Of a DNA stretch of 64,000 nucleotides, positions 35,942 to 49,235 are shown in pieces (positions within the stretch are counted from its first letter, which is position 1; the number at the start of each line of letters is the position of its first letter). The translations under genes were made by a program, and so were the position numbers. The DNA comes from Eremomyces bilateralis CBS 781.70 (lineage: Eukaryota), in NCBI GenBank assembly GCA_010015585.1, contig ML975178.1. One strand, given 5' to 3'. The notes under the pieces are model-generated. The model had not been told where the DNA came from and searched no databases. It worked only from the letters and a program-made list of their open reading frames with translations.

Positions 35942-38503
35942 ATGCAGGTCGCGATGCCACCGTACGCGCCGCAACATGGCGGGATGCAACATCCGGGCAT
36001 GCCTCACGGACAACCGGGCCATCCTCAGCAGGGACATCCGATGGGACAGCAGATGCATATGCATCAAGGGGTCTCGGGTCCGAATGGCCCGCATGTCACG
36101 CAGCCGGGACCGATGATGGGAGGTATGCAGCCTGGTATGGGCGGTGTAGGACCTGGAGCACCGAGTCAGCATGCTCTATCACATCTCACACCTCAAAACC
36201 CGATGTTTCACCAGCAACAGTTACAGCAAAGTAAGTCGTGTCTCGTATATACCATGGTCCTTGTCCATATATGCCGACGTATAGTGGTGCTGACTAGACA
36301 TAGTGGCCGCAACAAATCCCCAGATGGCGGCTCAGATCCAGCATCAGCAACAACAACAACAGCAGCAATTGTTCCAGCGGCAGCAACAGTTGCTCCAGGC
36401 CCAAGCAAATCAGCCAGGGAATATGCCGATGGGATTCCAGCAGGGGAATATGGGTGCGATGCAACAACATCTTGCTGCTTCAGGTCCTGGTGGCATGCCC
36501 CAGTTGACGCCAAACCTCCAACAACAGATGCAGCAACAAAGACTGATGGCGATGCGGGAACAAGCGATGCAAAATCAACGACAACAGCAACAACAACAAC
36601 AAATGGCCCAACAAGTAGCAATGCAGCATGCACCCTCGCAGCAAAGCAACCAAGGTCAACCGATGCCACAACCTCATCAACAACAACAACAACAGCAGCA
36701 GCAGCAGCAGCAAGGCCAGATGCAACAGGTGCCGGTGAGACCGCAGTCTCAAATGAGCAGCCATGGACAAGAGGGCCAACAAGGGCCGCAACCTCCTCCG
36801 AAGCCCCCAGGCCAACATCCACAACCACAACCTGGACCACAGGGTCAACCTGGACCACAGCCGCCAAATCAACCACAGGGACCGCAGCAGAGCCCGGCTA
36901 ATCCCCAGCAACCTCAAAAGCCGAATATACAGCAACCGAACGTGCAACCGAACATGCAACCGAACATGCAACAACCTCAGATGCGGCCCGGCATGCCACA
37001 GTTGACACCACAGCAGCAGGCGCTGATGCAACAACGGCGGCAGGCAGCCTTAAATAGCCAGAAGATGAGCATGAGCATGAGCGGTGCTCCCATCCTCATT
37101 CTCATGCAGTTCGCGGACAACCTGGGACGTTTCAACGTGAGTATGCCTACACTCGCGGATCACAAGCATGCTGACAAATTCTAGGCCCGAGAAAAGGAAA
37201 ACAACATCGCTCACTGGAGACAATTCGTGGCTCAGTTCTTCTCCGACGAAGGAACATTACGTCACATCCTAAGCGATATGAGCGACCATCACACGAAACA
37301 GTTCGATATCCAGCATAGCTCGCTACCACGATATTTCCTCGTCCAGTATGATAGTGGCATCGATCAGATCCAAATCATTCTGGAAGGCACCTCAACTCGT
37401 GATCTGGGAGGTGGGTTATCTTCGGTCGAGTCCAGTCGAGCCAAATTCCTCTACACGTTCCGCAATGGAACTCTGGTATGTTGATTCCGAGATAGCGGTG
37501 GGGTCACACTAACCTGCTTGCAGCTGGTTTGCACGGGGACACTGCGTGCGTTATTCTCGCAAAGTCAAAAAATCGAGGCGCTCGAGATCGCCGTCGAGAA
37601 ACACAGCCAGTTTCTGCCGCGAGGACAAATCGAGAGCTTGTTCAACAAACCCTCGCCGACGCAAGTCCAGAAGCCGTCCCCGCGCATGAGCAAGAAGGCG
37701 CAAAACCAGAGAAATAAGAATCAAGAGCCCCCTCCGCCGCCATCAATCACGCAATCCGACCTCCCCGACTCCGGAATCCACAACTATGGCACTACGGAGG
37801 CTATGATAAATTTCCTAGAAGTGAGTCCTCCACTGAAGTTTTCTATCCAGTCATTTAACCCTTCCTAGATCAACGAAACCCTCGCCCACCTCAAACCCCT
37901 AATGTACTACGCCAAAGACCACCCCGAACTCACCCTCCCCCAAGCCCTCGACAACGTCGTCCAAACCTTCAACTCCCAATCCTCCTCCATCCTCTCTCTC
38001 CCCCCCTCCCAACCCCCCCCGGGCCCCACCTTCAAATGCAACCTCAACCCCCCCATCCCCCCACTCACCAACAACCCCAACCCATGGTCCCCCCGCACCC
38101 CTCCTCCTTCCCCACCCCCCAACAACCCCAACCCCAACAGCCCCCTCGCAACCCCTCTCTCCAACACCACGCCAACTTCATCAACATGTCCTCCCACCTC
38201 ACCAACCAACCCATCCCCAACGGTGGCTCCCCCCACCCCGTCAACCTCAACGCCGCCACCGTCGGCGGCCCCGTCGCCTCGCCCGCCCAGGCCCCCGGCC
38301 TGCTCCCCCAGCTCAGCCAGCAGAGCGGCGGCAGCGCCACTGTCAGCGGCGCGAGCGCGAATACGAGCCCGAACGTCGTGGCGGGGAAGAGAAGGCGGAG
38401 TACGGTGAAGGGGGACGATGATGAGGGGCCCGGGGTGAACGGGGCGGGGAAGGTGAAGCAGAGTCCGAGGGTAGGTGGGGTGAAGAGGCAGAAGGCGGGA
38501 TAG
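35942..38503 (+). CDS. ptaB: PtaB/Mfg1-like transcriptional co-regulator (LIM-domain-binding, Gln-rich); apparent frameshift near 38000-38020
   Basis: Q/P/M-rich N-terminus, then LILMQFADNL, HWRQFVAQFFS, KQFDI..SSLPRYF and GTLRALF (LIM_bind-like). C-terminus SANTSPNV..KRRRST..KVKQSPRVGG. Introns at 36231-36303, 37137-37184, 37476-37523 and 37821-37868. Confidence 0.85.
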
Positions 38504-40944
38504 GGCGATGAAATTGGGCCCCTGGATGGATGGGCGCTACGATGGTGGCGGTGATGCGGTAGACGAATGAGATGCGGCGGTTTGAGAGAGGATGGAAAAC
38601 GTGCGGCAGCGCAAGAAGAGGAGTTAATGACGATATTCCGAGCGTTTTGATCTTGGGGATTGGATTGGAACGGAGGACCTGTACCGATGTAGACGAGCTT
38701 GAACGAATTCCACCCGCGAACCCAGAAGACACGAGCATCCGCGGTGCGCCTATCCGTGCGTGCGTGCGTTGAAAGAGTGGGATGGAATAAGGAGATGTGT
38801 TGAAGAAGGGCGGTTGGGCGATCTAAGATTGGAGTAAAAGATGGAGCTGAGGACGCCAGAGAGCAGGAGGGCAGCAAGTGCAGGCCACATATCGACCGAT
38901 AGAATCAACCCACGACGACATCCTGCGACCTGGCGTCGTTCATTCATCCATCCATCCACCCATCCATTCATCGCCCGTCCACGATCTCCTCTCCTTCCCT
39001 CCTCCTCAACGTCGCGTTCGTCGCCCAATTTCCATCCTTCGATCCATCCTAACCATCCCACCCTACACTCGTCCGAATCTAACCACCTCCTCCGACTCCT
39101 CCCGTCCATCGCGGTCCACGACCTACGTTACTTAGCGGGTTCCTCCCTTTTCCGTCATCCCGCCTATCCCATTCCTGATTTCCGACCTGCCACCCGGTAT
39201 CTATCTATCCGGTGCATGGGTGCACGGCTGCTTTCTTGCTCGCTTCCTCGCGGACTTGTTTGCTCACTTGCATGCTCTTTTGGATTTTGGGAGTCGGCTA
39301 CCAATCGCGTGGACTGAATTGGCTTGGCGAGGGTGGATGGGATGGATGAACGGATGAACGGAGTTTCGATGGATGGATAAATTCGATGGATGGGGTATGG
39401 ACGGTGGTATCGACTGCATGCAGGTGTATCATATAGTCCCGGGAGATCCTCTTATCCCCTTCCGTCCACCTCCTTTCCTCTCCTTCGTCTCTTCTTCCCC
39501 TCTCCTAATTCTATCTCTTTCTCTTCCTGTTTTTCCTCATAAAACTGGCTTCTTGGCGCGTCCCGCCAACAGGAACACACGCGAGCATCTGGAGTTTTGG
39601 GTGATTGGGGCGGTTTTCTTTTTAATACCTTGGTGCTTTGAGAAGGGTCGCAACGGTGCCTACTGTACTTATTTTTACTTACCTGCGCACTGTAGCTACC
39701 GTGCGTAGCTTGGAGTTCGCGGACGAGAGAATGGGATATCATGAGATTTTGATCACAACTCGAGTTTCTTGCTTGGAATTCATTGCGTGAGTGGATGGGT
39801 AAAATCACGGGATGATATGATGAGTCAGATGGGCTCGAAAAAGGTTGTAGAAATGTTTGCATTGTTGCGGTGCTATGTGCCTGCCCATAGCCCCATATAC
39901 CACTATCCCATCCCATCCATTCCATTCCCTCCATCCGTAATATATCCCTCGACTGCACTATTGAGCATCGCGGTCCATAACGGCGACAACTCCGATGATC
40001 CGAGTGGGGATGGCTCATGGCGAATCATCGGTCGGAGTAGCATTGAGAAGAGCATCCATATATGTGTACGACCGACGACACACGGCGGAGATGCGCAACA
40101 CCGTGTTGAGGAGCCGAGGAGGTAGTGCGTGAGTTCATCCATTGGCCGGAACCCATTCCGATAAATAATGCCGTGCCGTTGATCATTCGTCGACCGCTGG
40201 CTTCGAGAACCCCCGCTCTACCATCGCAAGATGGATGGCGAGTTGGATATCCCGAGCTAGTCAGGTTTGATGACGATAGAGGAAGACGAAGATAGGGCAA
40301 GGGGTGATCGCATTCCATCGATCCCATCCATACGTGAATGACCGTGAAGTCCATAATCCATTCCCCGGGTACCACATCCATCCAACCGTTCGTTCGTTGA
40401 TATCCAGACATGCGCTTTTGATGAGAAACGGAAAAACATAAAGGTGGTGTGAGATCGGGTCGTGTGTGTCGACACTCGAGAAGAGAAGGGGCTGTGTATC
40501 CAAGTCCGGTCGAAGGGTTTGGGTACGTGATCGTCGTCCGGAGGAGAATAAGGAGGTGCCTAACCGCGTGTGGTCCGTGATGTATGTACGACGGCAATGG
40601 TATGTACCCAGGATGTTCATGATCCAGCCGTTTGTCGGGCGCTCGCTGCCGGGGAAATCTTTCGCTCGTGACAAAGAACAATGTCTCGTGGTCCTCATTC
40701 ATCGTGACGGGGATAGTATCGGTTGGGGAAGGAAAAAAACTGAACAGAAGAAAAACGGGGAGATCTTGCAGAATTAATTTCCCGGGGAAAAGAGACTGAA
40801 CACCATTGTTCAGTAGCCCGCGTGGCCGTGTCAGGTTGCCTCCCATCTCTCATAGTCACCGATAGACAGTGAGCACTGCCTATAGCGATCCGATCATTTC
40901 GACTGTCCGTATCCATATCTCATTCGTCTATTCGCGTCTCCACA

Positions 40945-42550
40945 TCAACCTCTCGCACGCTCCGTCATCTCCCGCAACTCCCGATTCCCTACCACCAACT
41001 TCTCCAGAAAAATCGCCGACTCCATTAACACGCTGCTCTTACTGAACCCGCCCCCTCGCAGCTCCGGCACCAGCAGATGCAGCTCGTCGAACCCCATCTT
41101 GATCAGATTCCGCCGCTTCTGCTCCGACATGATGTGATTGTTCCGCTTCTGCGCGTCGCTGAGGTTCTCGCGCGGCGTCTTCGCCGGCGTGCGCTGCGCG
41201 TCGACGCCGCCGGACACGTCGGAGCGACGGCGCTTGGTGGTGGCGGAGGTGGGGGATTGGCCGGAGGCGGAGGCGAGGGAAGGCTTGCGTGGGTTGAGGG
41301 CGGTGCGTAGGTGGAGGGCGGGTTTGCGGTCGGAGGACTCGGACGGGTCGGCGGTGGCGCGGCGGCGTTTGCGGGGGCGGTCGTTGTTGGATTCCGAGTC
41401 GGATTCGATGAAGGTGCCGGCCCAGGCGGGGATGGGGCCGTTGCCGTTCCCGTTGGCGGTGGGATGGGTGCCATTGGGTGGGGTGGAGGGGCGAGTGTCG
41501 GCGCCGGTTTCGGGCCGGATGGCGTTCATGGTGCTCATGAAGCGGTTGGTGAAGACTTCTTCGGTCTCCTGGCCGGCCGGCGGGATGAAGCCGGTCGTGC
41601 TGAAGTGGGAGTCGGATCCGAAGCGATAGAGTCGGGTGTTCTCGTTATGGGCGGCGTCCGCGGGGGGATTGTGGTTGTGTTGACGGGGGCGGCGCATGCT
41701 GTTCAAGGCCACGGAATCGCGGAACTCGGGGGAGGTCTGAACCGGAGAGAGGGGGATGAGGCCGAAAACACGCTGAATGGTTGGAGTGGGGGCTCGCGAA
41801 ACTCCGTTGGACTCGATTCCGGGCGTTGCAGTGTCCAGTGCGGGGATGGGTGGGGCGACGAAATTAGGGGAGATCGAGGAAGGAACAATATCAATCTGTT
41901 GATTGTCCATGGCAGACATAGGATCGGCTTGCCCCAGGCTCGAGTGATCCGAAAGCGAATCGCGATGGTGATGGTGGTGTAGATGCTGATGATGCGCGTC
42001 GCTTCCCATCAAGGTGCTGAAAGGGTTTGCGTTGTTCATGAACGAGGCCACGCTGAAGAAGTCGTCTTCTGCACCCATGGCGATTAAATTGGAATCATCC
42101 AGCGTAGTAAAGTCGGGAATCGGAGCATGTGCATGTGAGAGACTAGAGAAGGCTTGTGATGTGGAGGGTTCTCCAGCGACGCCCTGGATCGTGGGGGGAC
42201 GCTCCGACATGAGCCACGAGTAGTCATTCTTGTCGAAATTCATGTTTCCGAGTTGCGGCGTGTCATTGTTGCCGTAGTTAGCGCCGGGGTTTTCGAGAAA
42301 GCTCTCGATGAAGTGCGCCTCTCCGTTGTTTAGGAGCGGAGGCCCGGGAATCATTTCGGGCGCTTCAGGATAGGATTCATGGTAGCCGGTCGGCGGAGGA
42401 GCGGAGTAGTCTAGCATGATCAGTCGAGCCACACAATACCGGTATATTGACCAGGGGACAAGGAGACCGGAGAGAGAATGCGGGGTGGAACTTACATCCA
42501 AACATCGAGCTATTGTTATTATCGCCGGAGAATTGACCCTCATCCGCCAT
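40945..42550 (-). CDS. bHLH transcription factor (INO2/INO4-like)
   Basis: C-terminal bHLH RENLSDAQKRNNHIMSEQKRRNLIKMGFDELHLLVPEL..SKSSVL. Exon 1 (ATG 42550, or 42688 in the same frame) is joined by intron 42495-42411 (GTAAGT...CTGAT...TAG). Confidence 0.88.
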
Positions 42551-45500
42551 TTTGGGCTGTCTGGATCTTCCGCTCGACCGGGTGTCCAGAGACTTGGGTA
42601 AGTTGCCAAATGGCGAAGTCCTTTGATGGTGGTTTAACCCGAAGAAATCGTCACCACGGCCAAAACTAGCCGGGAGTACATCATTCATTTGGTCGGTCGT
42701 GGGGAAAGAGAGAGAAAGGTGGAGGAATTCGGTGAGAGGAGTGGAAGTGAGAGAGTTGAGGTCGTAGCAAATGGTCGCCTTAGGCCACCGATATTGCGAT
42801 AGTGTGGTGAATTGGGGACTTGGGGTACCGGTAGTGGGGAGGGTGGCGGCTAGTGAGCATGAAGCGGGAGAGACAATAGATAGGATATTAGGTCGAGGCA
42901 GATGAAACGATTCAGACGGTTGGGTTTGAGTGGCAAGTGAGAGGAAGAATGAGTGAATGAATATCTGACCTGTGAACCGTGTCGAGTCCGAGTCCGAGAC
43001 AAGTTGTGAAAGGGAGAGATGGACGGAGGGGGAGGGTGAGAGAGAAAGTGAGTGTCAAGAGTGCGTGAATGAATGATGATAAACCTGGATGGATGTCGTC
43101 TTTTTGACTGGGGGTCCCAACTACCAAGTAATAATGATGCGCCAGGTTCAACCTCCAGGTTCAACTCCAGAGTCCACGTCTTTTCAACGGACGTGGAGTC
43201 GAATTCCAACTCCGGTGGTGCAGGTCGAGCAGATGGAGGGATCTAACTCATCTAACCCGCTGGTTGCTTGAACCCCCAAGCGAACCCCAAGATTACCGGT
43301 AGGGCACAGTGCTACACTACGGCGGCCTGCGGGTAAGTGGAACGTGGAGTACCCAGTCACTCCATCAGGGAGTCTATCCAGTATCCAACGGGACTCGTGC
43401 CGGAATCCTGGGGAACGGGATCACGGTTGACGGCAGGTTGAACGGAGGGTGGTAGCCGGGAGGGAGTCTGCAGACGATCCGACGATAGCACTGATGCAGC
43501 AAGATTGCGCGAGGGAGAGGTTGCGACAGCCGATAGGATGGCTTGGATGTTGGACAGCTAGAGAGAGATTTGGGAGGGATCTGGGGATAGCGATGGTGAT
43601 GATTGGAGGAGGAGGAGAAAGATGGCGTTAGTGTTAGTGTTGGCGTGAAAATGGGAGCAGTTGTGGAAGTGAGGAACGTAGAGACGCAGAGTGAAACCAA
43701 CGGCTTCGGACCTTCACATGTCAATTTGCTGGCAGTCCATCTCATGCGAACATCTTGATATCTCCCTCGCTCTCACTCTCCCCAAGACCACAGGAGCACA
43801 CTAATGGCTACTACTACTGCCTCCTACTACGTACTGTCGGATTACGAGTCTCTCCAGGATCGGTACCTGCTTAGAGCCGAAGACGTCACATTGCAAGCCA
43901 CATATGCCAACCCTCCTTGAATTGGCATACCGAGCTCGGAAATCCGAATTTTATGGTCGGCCTGAGCGACTGATCGACTCCTGAATAGCTCCAAGGAGTC
44001 GCGGCAGTTGGTCTTGGACACTTGGACTTGGTACGTATCGCCAGTCCGCCACCCACCCCTCTAGAATCTAGCCTCCTGTCCGCCATATGACCATCGCACA
44101 TATGACCATATCGCCCTAATCTACTCTCGACGACGAACTATCCCCCTCTGCCACTGTTATTCCCGGTCCTTCGGCGGTCTCCCGAATTCGCTACTCCTTT
44201 CGGCGGTAGGGTCTGGTCCCCATCGCTCGAGCCCACTCCTGCTCTGCCCGCAACCTCCCACAAAGCGGGACCTGACAGACGAAGGCTCAAACAGGCCCGA
44301 CGTCCGTTTCCAATTCTCAGCCTCATTCGTGAACGCCGTTTGACATATTCGATGTACTATGTAATTTACCGCATGGCCATTTCGGGCATTTCGAATGGTT
44401 CTACTGCGCCTCATTCGAAGTTTTGCAAATCCCAATTTCCTGCAGCTAACTTGCTCAAAGTGTGAAATGCTCTGCTCTTCGCCCCCGCTTGCGCAACTTG
44501 GAGTTGACAGTTGCAGTTCGGATCATTGTTTTATGTGCCATCCGGCCGGTTTATGCATTGATATTGACTCGCGATCTACGGATCCGAGAATCCGTCCGAG
44601 TGATGCTGCAAACCGATGAAATCGTGAGGTCATCCCGTCCACATCTAAGACAAATGGCCAGAAGTGCATTGATGTGGCTTGTCCTGGAACCCTCTACTGG
44701 TGGCGCGCATAGTCGCATCCTCGTCCCCCGCCTAGGATTCCATAGACGTGCCTCGCGTCGACCAATCTCATCTGGGGTTTGAAATTGAGCGACAGGGCTT
44801 ATCCATCCTGGATCGCTAGCATGAACCTGGCATCCCACACGACCAACTTTTCGACCGGGAACAAGGAGCATTCAGCATCCGAAACTCCCCCTGGTCAGCG
44901 AGACGACACTCGACAGCGTTTCTCGTAATCCAGTTGGTTCACCCCGCCATGCGCAAAGCTTAACAGGCGGATACCAACCTCCATTTCCATCCAATTCGGA
45001 ACGATGACCAGATCGATCATTGAAACAATAGTCGGATTAATCACTAACAACGCCACTGTTCGGCTCGACCTACCTCCAGCATTCCGCGTTCCCCCTTTCC
45101 AGTCGATCATCGCCGTCCATCGAAGTTAGCGGCGCAAAAAAATCCGCTTGCGTTGGGGGCTTTTGAACTTTCCCCTTTGTAGGGCCGATCGACTGTCGAA
45201 CATTCCTGTCCGTCACGGGTTCGCGACTTGTTCCGACATCCGAGCACGAGGGACGGCTTTGAAACAGTGGCAGCTAGTGGGGGAAGTAACTGCCGCCCAC
45301 CTGATAGGTTGATGCCACTGCTTCCATCTGACGATCTCGTCCTACCCGCTTATCCACGACGCCACAGTCCACACGCTACATCTCCTTTGACGTGCGCGTG
45401 GTACGTACCGTACCCCAACATCCTGATTCCCGAATCCTCCAGATAGTATTCCATTTTGAATTCATGATGCACGATTAAAGTGGCCTGGCTCAGCTGTTCC

Positions 45501-45979
45501 GTTCTCCGAGCAGCCACGAGGTCGAGAGTCGAGACCACAGTCCATCCCCTCGCTCGCTCCTACCCGTCCCTGCCGTTGACTCTTCCGACCCCGTGGGGAA
45601 GTCAATCACTTACCGCTCTTCTATTCATTCTCATATCCCCACGGAACGCGTTCTCCCTCTCTAGTCTCTGCAGTCCCCCGCCCTCTTGCAGGCGACATCC
45701 TCGACATGCGTGGGAAGGGGTCGATGACCAGAACGGCGAGGATCGCCAACCCCGGATTATCAGCGACGCTCAAACCGTATGTCTCACTCAGCGCTCCGTT
45801 CCAGACTCGAGATGTTTCAGCATGTCATGTCGGCGCCTTGACGCCTTAATGATCTATTATATTCATGGCAGATACCGCATGGTTGTGGAAGCAGGAAATC
45901 CCAGTCTAGGCTTGGGTTTCATTCCAATTCCCCCCTTTAAGCATATCTTCCTCAAAGGACAGAGACTGACCGTAGCTCT

Positions 45980-48608
45980 GTGGCCGTGTTTAGTCTTCTT
46001 CGAGCATACAGCCTTGGATATGCTTCCACCGCAGGTCCCAAAATTCTAGGAGTGATTCTAGCACTGTTTCAAGGAAGATCCTCCTGGGCGACGTCCCTTG
46101 CCAAAGTGAGTTTAGCTTTCCGTTCAGCCCGTGAACATTTCCTTCGTCGTTCTGTTTCATCGTTTTTTCAATTTCTCAACGTCTCGGAACATACAGTTGA
46201 AAAAGCCAAATGATCGCGTCCTCGTTGAGTCCATCTGCACTATTCTTGTAAAGTGACCCTGAAAACGTCACTGTCATATGAAAGTCCGAGAGTTGAGGAT
46301 CACCGATATCCTCCCCCTGCATAAGCGGGAGCTTCACACGAAGCTTGCCTGTTAGCATTGCTCGGTCGACGACTAGCGTAAGCCAGTCATTCTAAACTCG
46401 ACAAGCCAAAGACGTCATTTCTATGATTCCTGTCAGCTGGACCAGTCACTATTGAACAATGAGCATGGCACTTCTAGGCTTCCCCAGATCAGGACCAAGG
46501 ATTTCCGAATTCGTCCGATATCTGGGGCAGCTACATCGACGAAGAACCCCAGTCCCTAACAATTGAACCCCAAGATCGTCCCTCTTGCCGAGTCGCCTAT
46601 CTCAATTTGCCATGTGCTTTTTGGATGTGCTATTTTCGTGGCATATTCAAGTCAGGCCAGTCAGATGCTTACTATTGCGGTGAAACGTAGGGTGCCCTAG
46701 CCCTCCGGAATGCAGCTGGCCCTCAACGGTTTCCAGCCTTCTGCGCTGTCCTGGTCGGCGGGTCAAAGGTGCTGGAAGAACCCCTTTACACAATTCTCCT
46801 GAGCTTGCTGGGCGCAGCTCGGTCTGGCACATGTCAATCGGCTTCAAGTGGTCGCAAAGTCGGCCTGCAGCAGCAGTCCGCAAGCCATCATTCGATACGG
46901 ATAGTATCCCGACTGGCATCATCAGCCATTTCAGCGTTCTTGGCGTTTGAGCTGTTGAATTCCGGGGGACGGCGATCGTCTGCCGCGGTGCTTGGCCACA
47001 GCAAGTTCGCATCATCATCGACAGAGGAAGCATCTGACAAAGATGTTGAGAAAGGAGAGCACAACGATGGAGGCAATCCATCGAACGAGAAAGCCGACAC
47101 CATGATGTTCCCTCCCACCCTAATGTACTCGTACACCGTCCCCCTAACCCTCTTCCTCCTTCCCCACGCCATCCACACTCTCCTCCACATCCCCATCTCC
47201 CTCCGCTCCACCACCACCCCCCTCCCTCTCTCCCCCCGCCTCCCCCGCCCCCTCACCCACTCCACATACCCCACCTTCTTCATCTTCTCCTCCGCCATCC
47301 TCATGCACGCCTGGATGTACACCCCCTCCCTCCTCCCCCGCTCCTACGCCTCCTGGATTTCCTCCGCCGCCCACCTTCACCCCTCCATCCTCTCCGTCCT
47401 CCGCTCCGCCCGCATGGGCCGCTGGCTCTACGCCTCCGACCTCCCCCTCCCCGACTCCTCCGTCCTCTCCCCGCTCGCCTCCCGCCTCGCTCTCCCCCCA
47501 ACCTGGGCCGACCCCGCCAACCTCGACCGCTCCCCCACCGACCCCCGCGGCTTCGGCACCACCAACGGCGGCGTCCCTGGCTCCGACCGCTGGGAGCGCG
47601 GGATACCCTGCTGCCTCGTCCACGGGTCCGCCGGCCGCGTGCGCCCGGTCCGCAGCGACGGCGCGCCGATCCACACGCTTCGCGATGTGCCGTTCCTCGT
47701 GCGCTCGTGCGAGGCGCATGGGGTGCGGCGGTTCATCGCCGGGTGGAGCTTCGCGATGCGGATGTATTTCCCGCTACAACTCGTAATGGGTTCGCGGCGA
47801 TTATATCAATCCCGCGCTCTGTTGCTGAAACGGAGGGCGCTGCGGCAGAAGGTGCGGGTGGTTCTGGGCATGGTGGTGAGAGCGGCGATGGGGGCGGCGA
47901 GAAGTAGTGTGTTTCTTGGGGCGTTCATCGCGGGGTTTTATTATACGGTGTGTCTTGCGCGGACGCGAGTGGGGCCGCGGGTGTTTTCTAAACACGGGGT
48001 ATTAGTGAAGGTGCTGGCGCGGTTGCCGGTGGCGATGCGGCAGACGGTCAACGCGGTGTTGCAGGTGATTGTCGGACGGTCCTTCGTGGCGTCGAAGGAA
48101 GGGATGGAGGCGAGCTTGGTGCGTGTGGATGGCGTTGCGGAGGGGGAGGAGGCATGGGGAATGGCGAGTGGGCGGCAGGATATCGTGTCGCCGCAGATGT
48201 GGGATGCGGGGATGGCGATCACGGCGGGGTGTTTGGCGTGCGGGTGGAGTATTTGGTTGGAGCGGAAGGAGCGGAGGGGGGAGTTGGCGTTGTGGGTGTG
48301 GCCGCGGGCGGGCGTGTGTCTGACCGGGAGGGTGTATGAGAAAAAGGTATGCCTAGTGTCTCACGCTTCATTTTCCTCGGTCTATTGTTTATTCACTTCC
48401 CTCTCCTTTCTCTCCTATTCTCTACCGCAAATTACGGCTCTCTCAGCAAGACCGCAGCGGAAACAAGGGCTAACGGGTTCGATAGGACCAATGGCGCGAA
48501 CGCCTCGCCTTCGTGAGCAGCGCTGCCATCGTGCTGGCCGCGGCGCAGGAGCCAGAGAACCTGCTGAAAGGCGTGTTTGGAAAGTTGCTCCGTGGAATCT
48601 ACGCATAG
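45980..48608 (+). CDS. TMEM135-like integral membrane protein; start codon unresolved
   Basis: Segments LLRAYSLGY, RFPAFCAVLVGG, SSAILMHAWMYTPSLLPRSYASWI, IPCCLVHG, RSSVFLGAFI, YYTVCLART, CGWSIWLE and QWRERLAF. Introns at 46106-46690 (585 nt) and 48347-48485. Stop at 48608. Confidence 0.8.
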
Positions 48609-49235
48609 AGCCTGGTTGTTGCTTTGTTGGCGGCTGGATCCAACCCCTTCATGCGAAGGTCATCCCCGAAAGTTTGCACGTTGTTGAGACATCATGCCGT
48701 ATGGCTGGGAGACTTCAAGACCCCGCTAGCTCATGGTTAGAGGATGGTTGGGATTGGAGGTTCATATAATCTTGACTTGCATAGTCATGGCCTGAACAAT
48801 AGGGAATGCATGTGGGAGCATTAGCCAAGCAAGCGAATAGCATTGATATAATATAACAAGATAGAAGCGAGATATGTATTTCTAGCTCTCCTTAATCATA
48901 ACACACAAGAACAATTATCACACAGGCCCATCCATCCATCCAATCCACCATGCAACGCCTCACCTCTCTCCTTCAAACGGACGACAAAATGAACCCAAAC
49001 CCTCTAGTATCATTGCATGTCCACATTTCTCTACCGCCGAACTCAAACTCCCTTTTGCAAATAGGTATCTCGGAATGGGGATTACCCCAAATAATGCGTC
49101 GCAAACCAGGCACGGCCTACCGATCATACAATCAAGGAAGACAACCGTCAACCAATCCCATACTCCCGCTCCACTCGCTGATGCAATTGCCAAAATCCAT
49201 CCCAAATCGATTGCCCTACGTCCAACCGTCACTCC

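Noticed and set aside
38930..39950. Degenerate (TCCA)n/(TGGA)n tracts between the convergent ptaB and bHLH genes
   Set aside because: Low-complexity microsatellite-like 3' sequence; the ORFs here are compositional artefacts.
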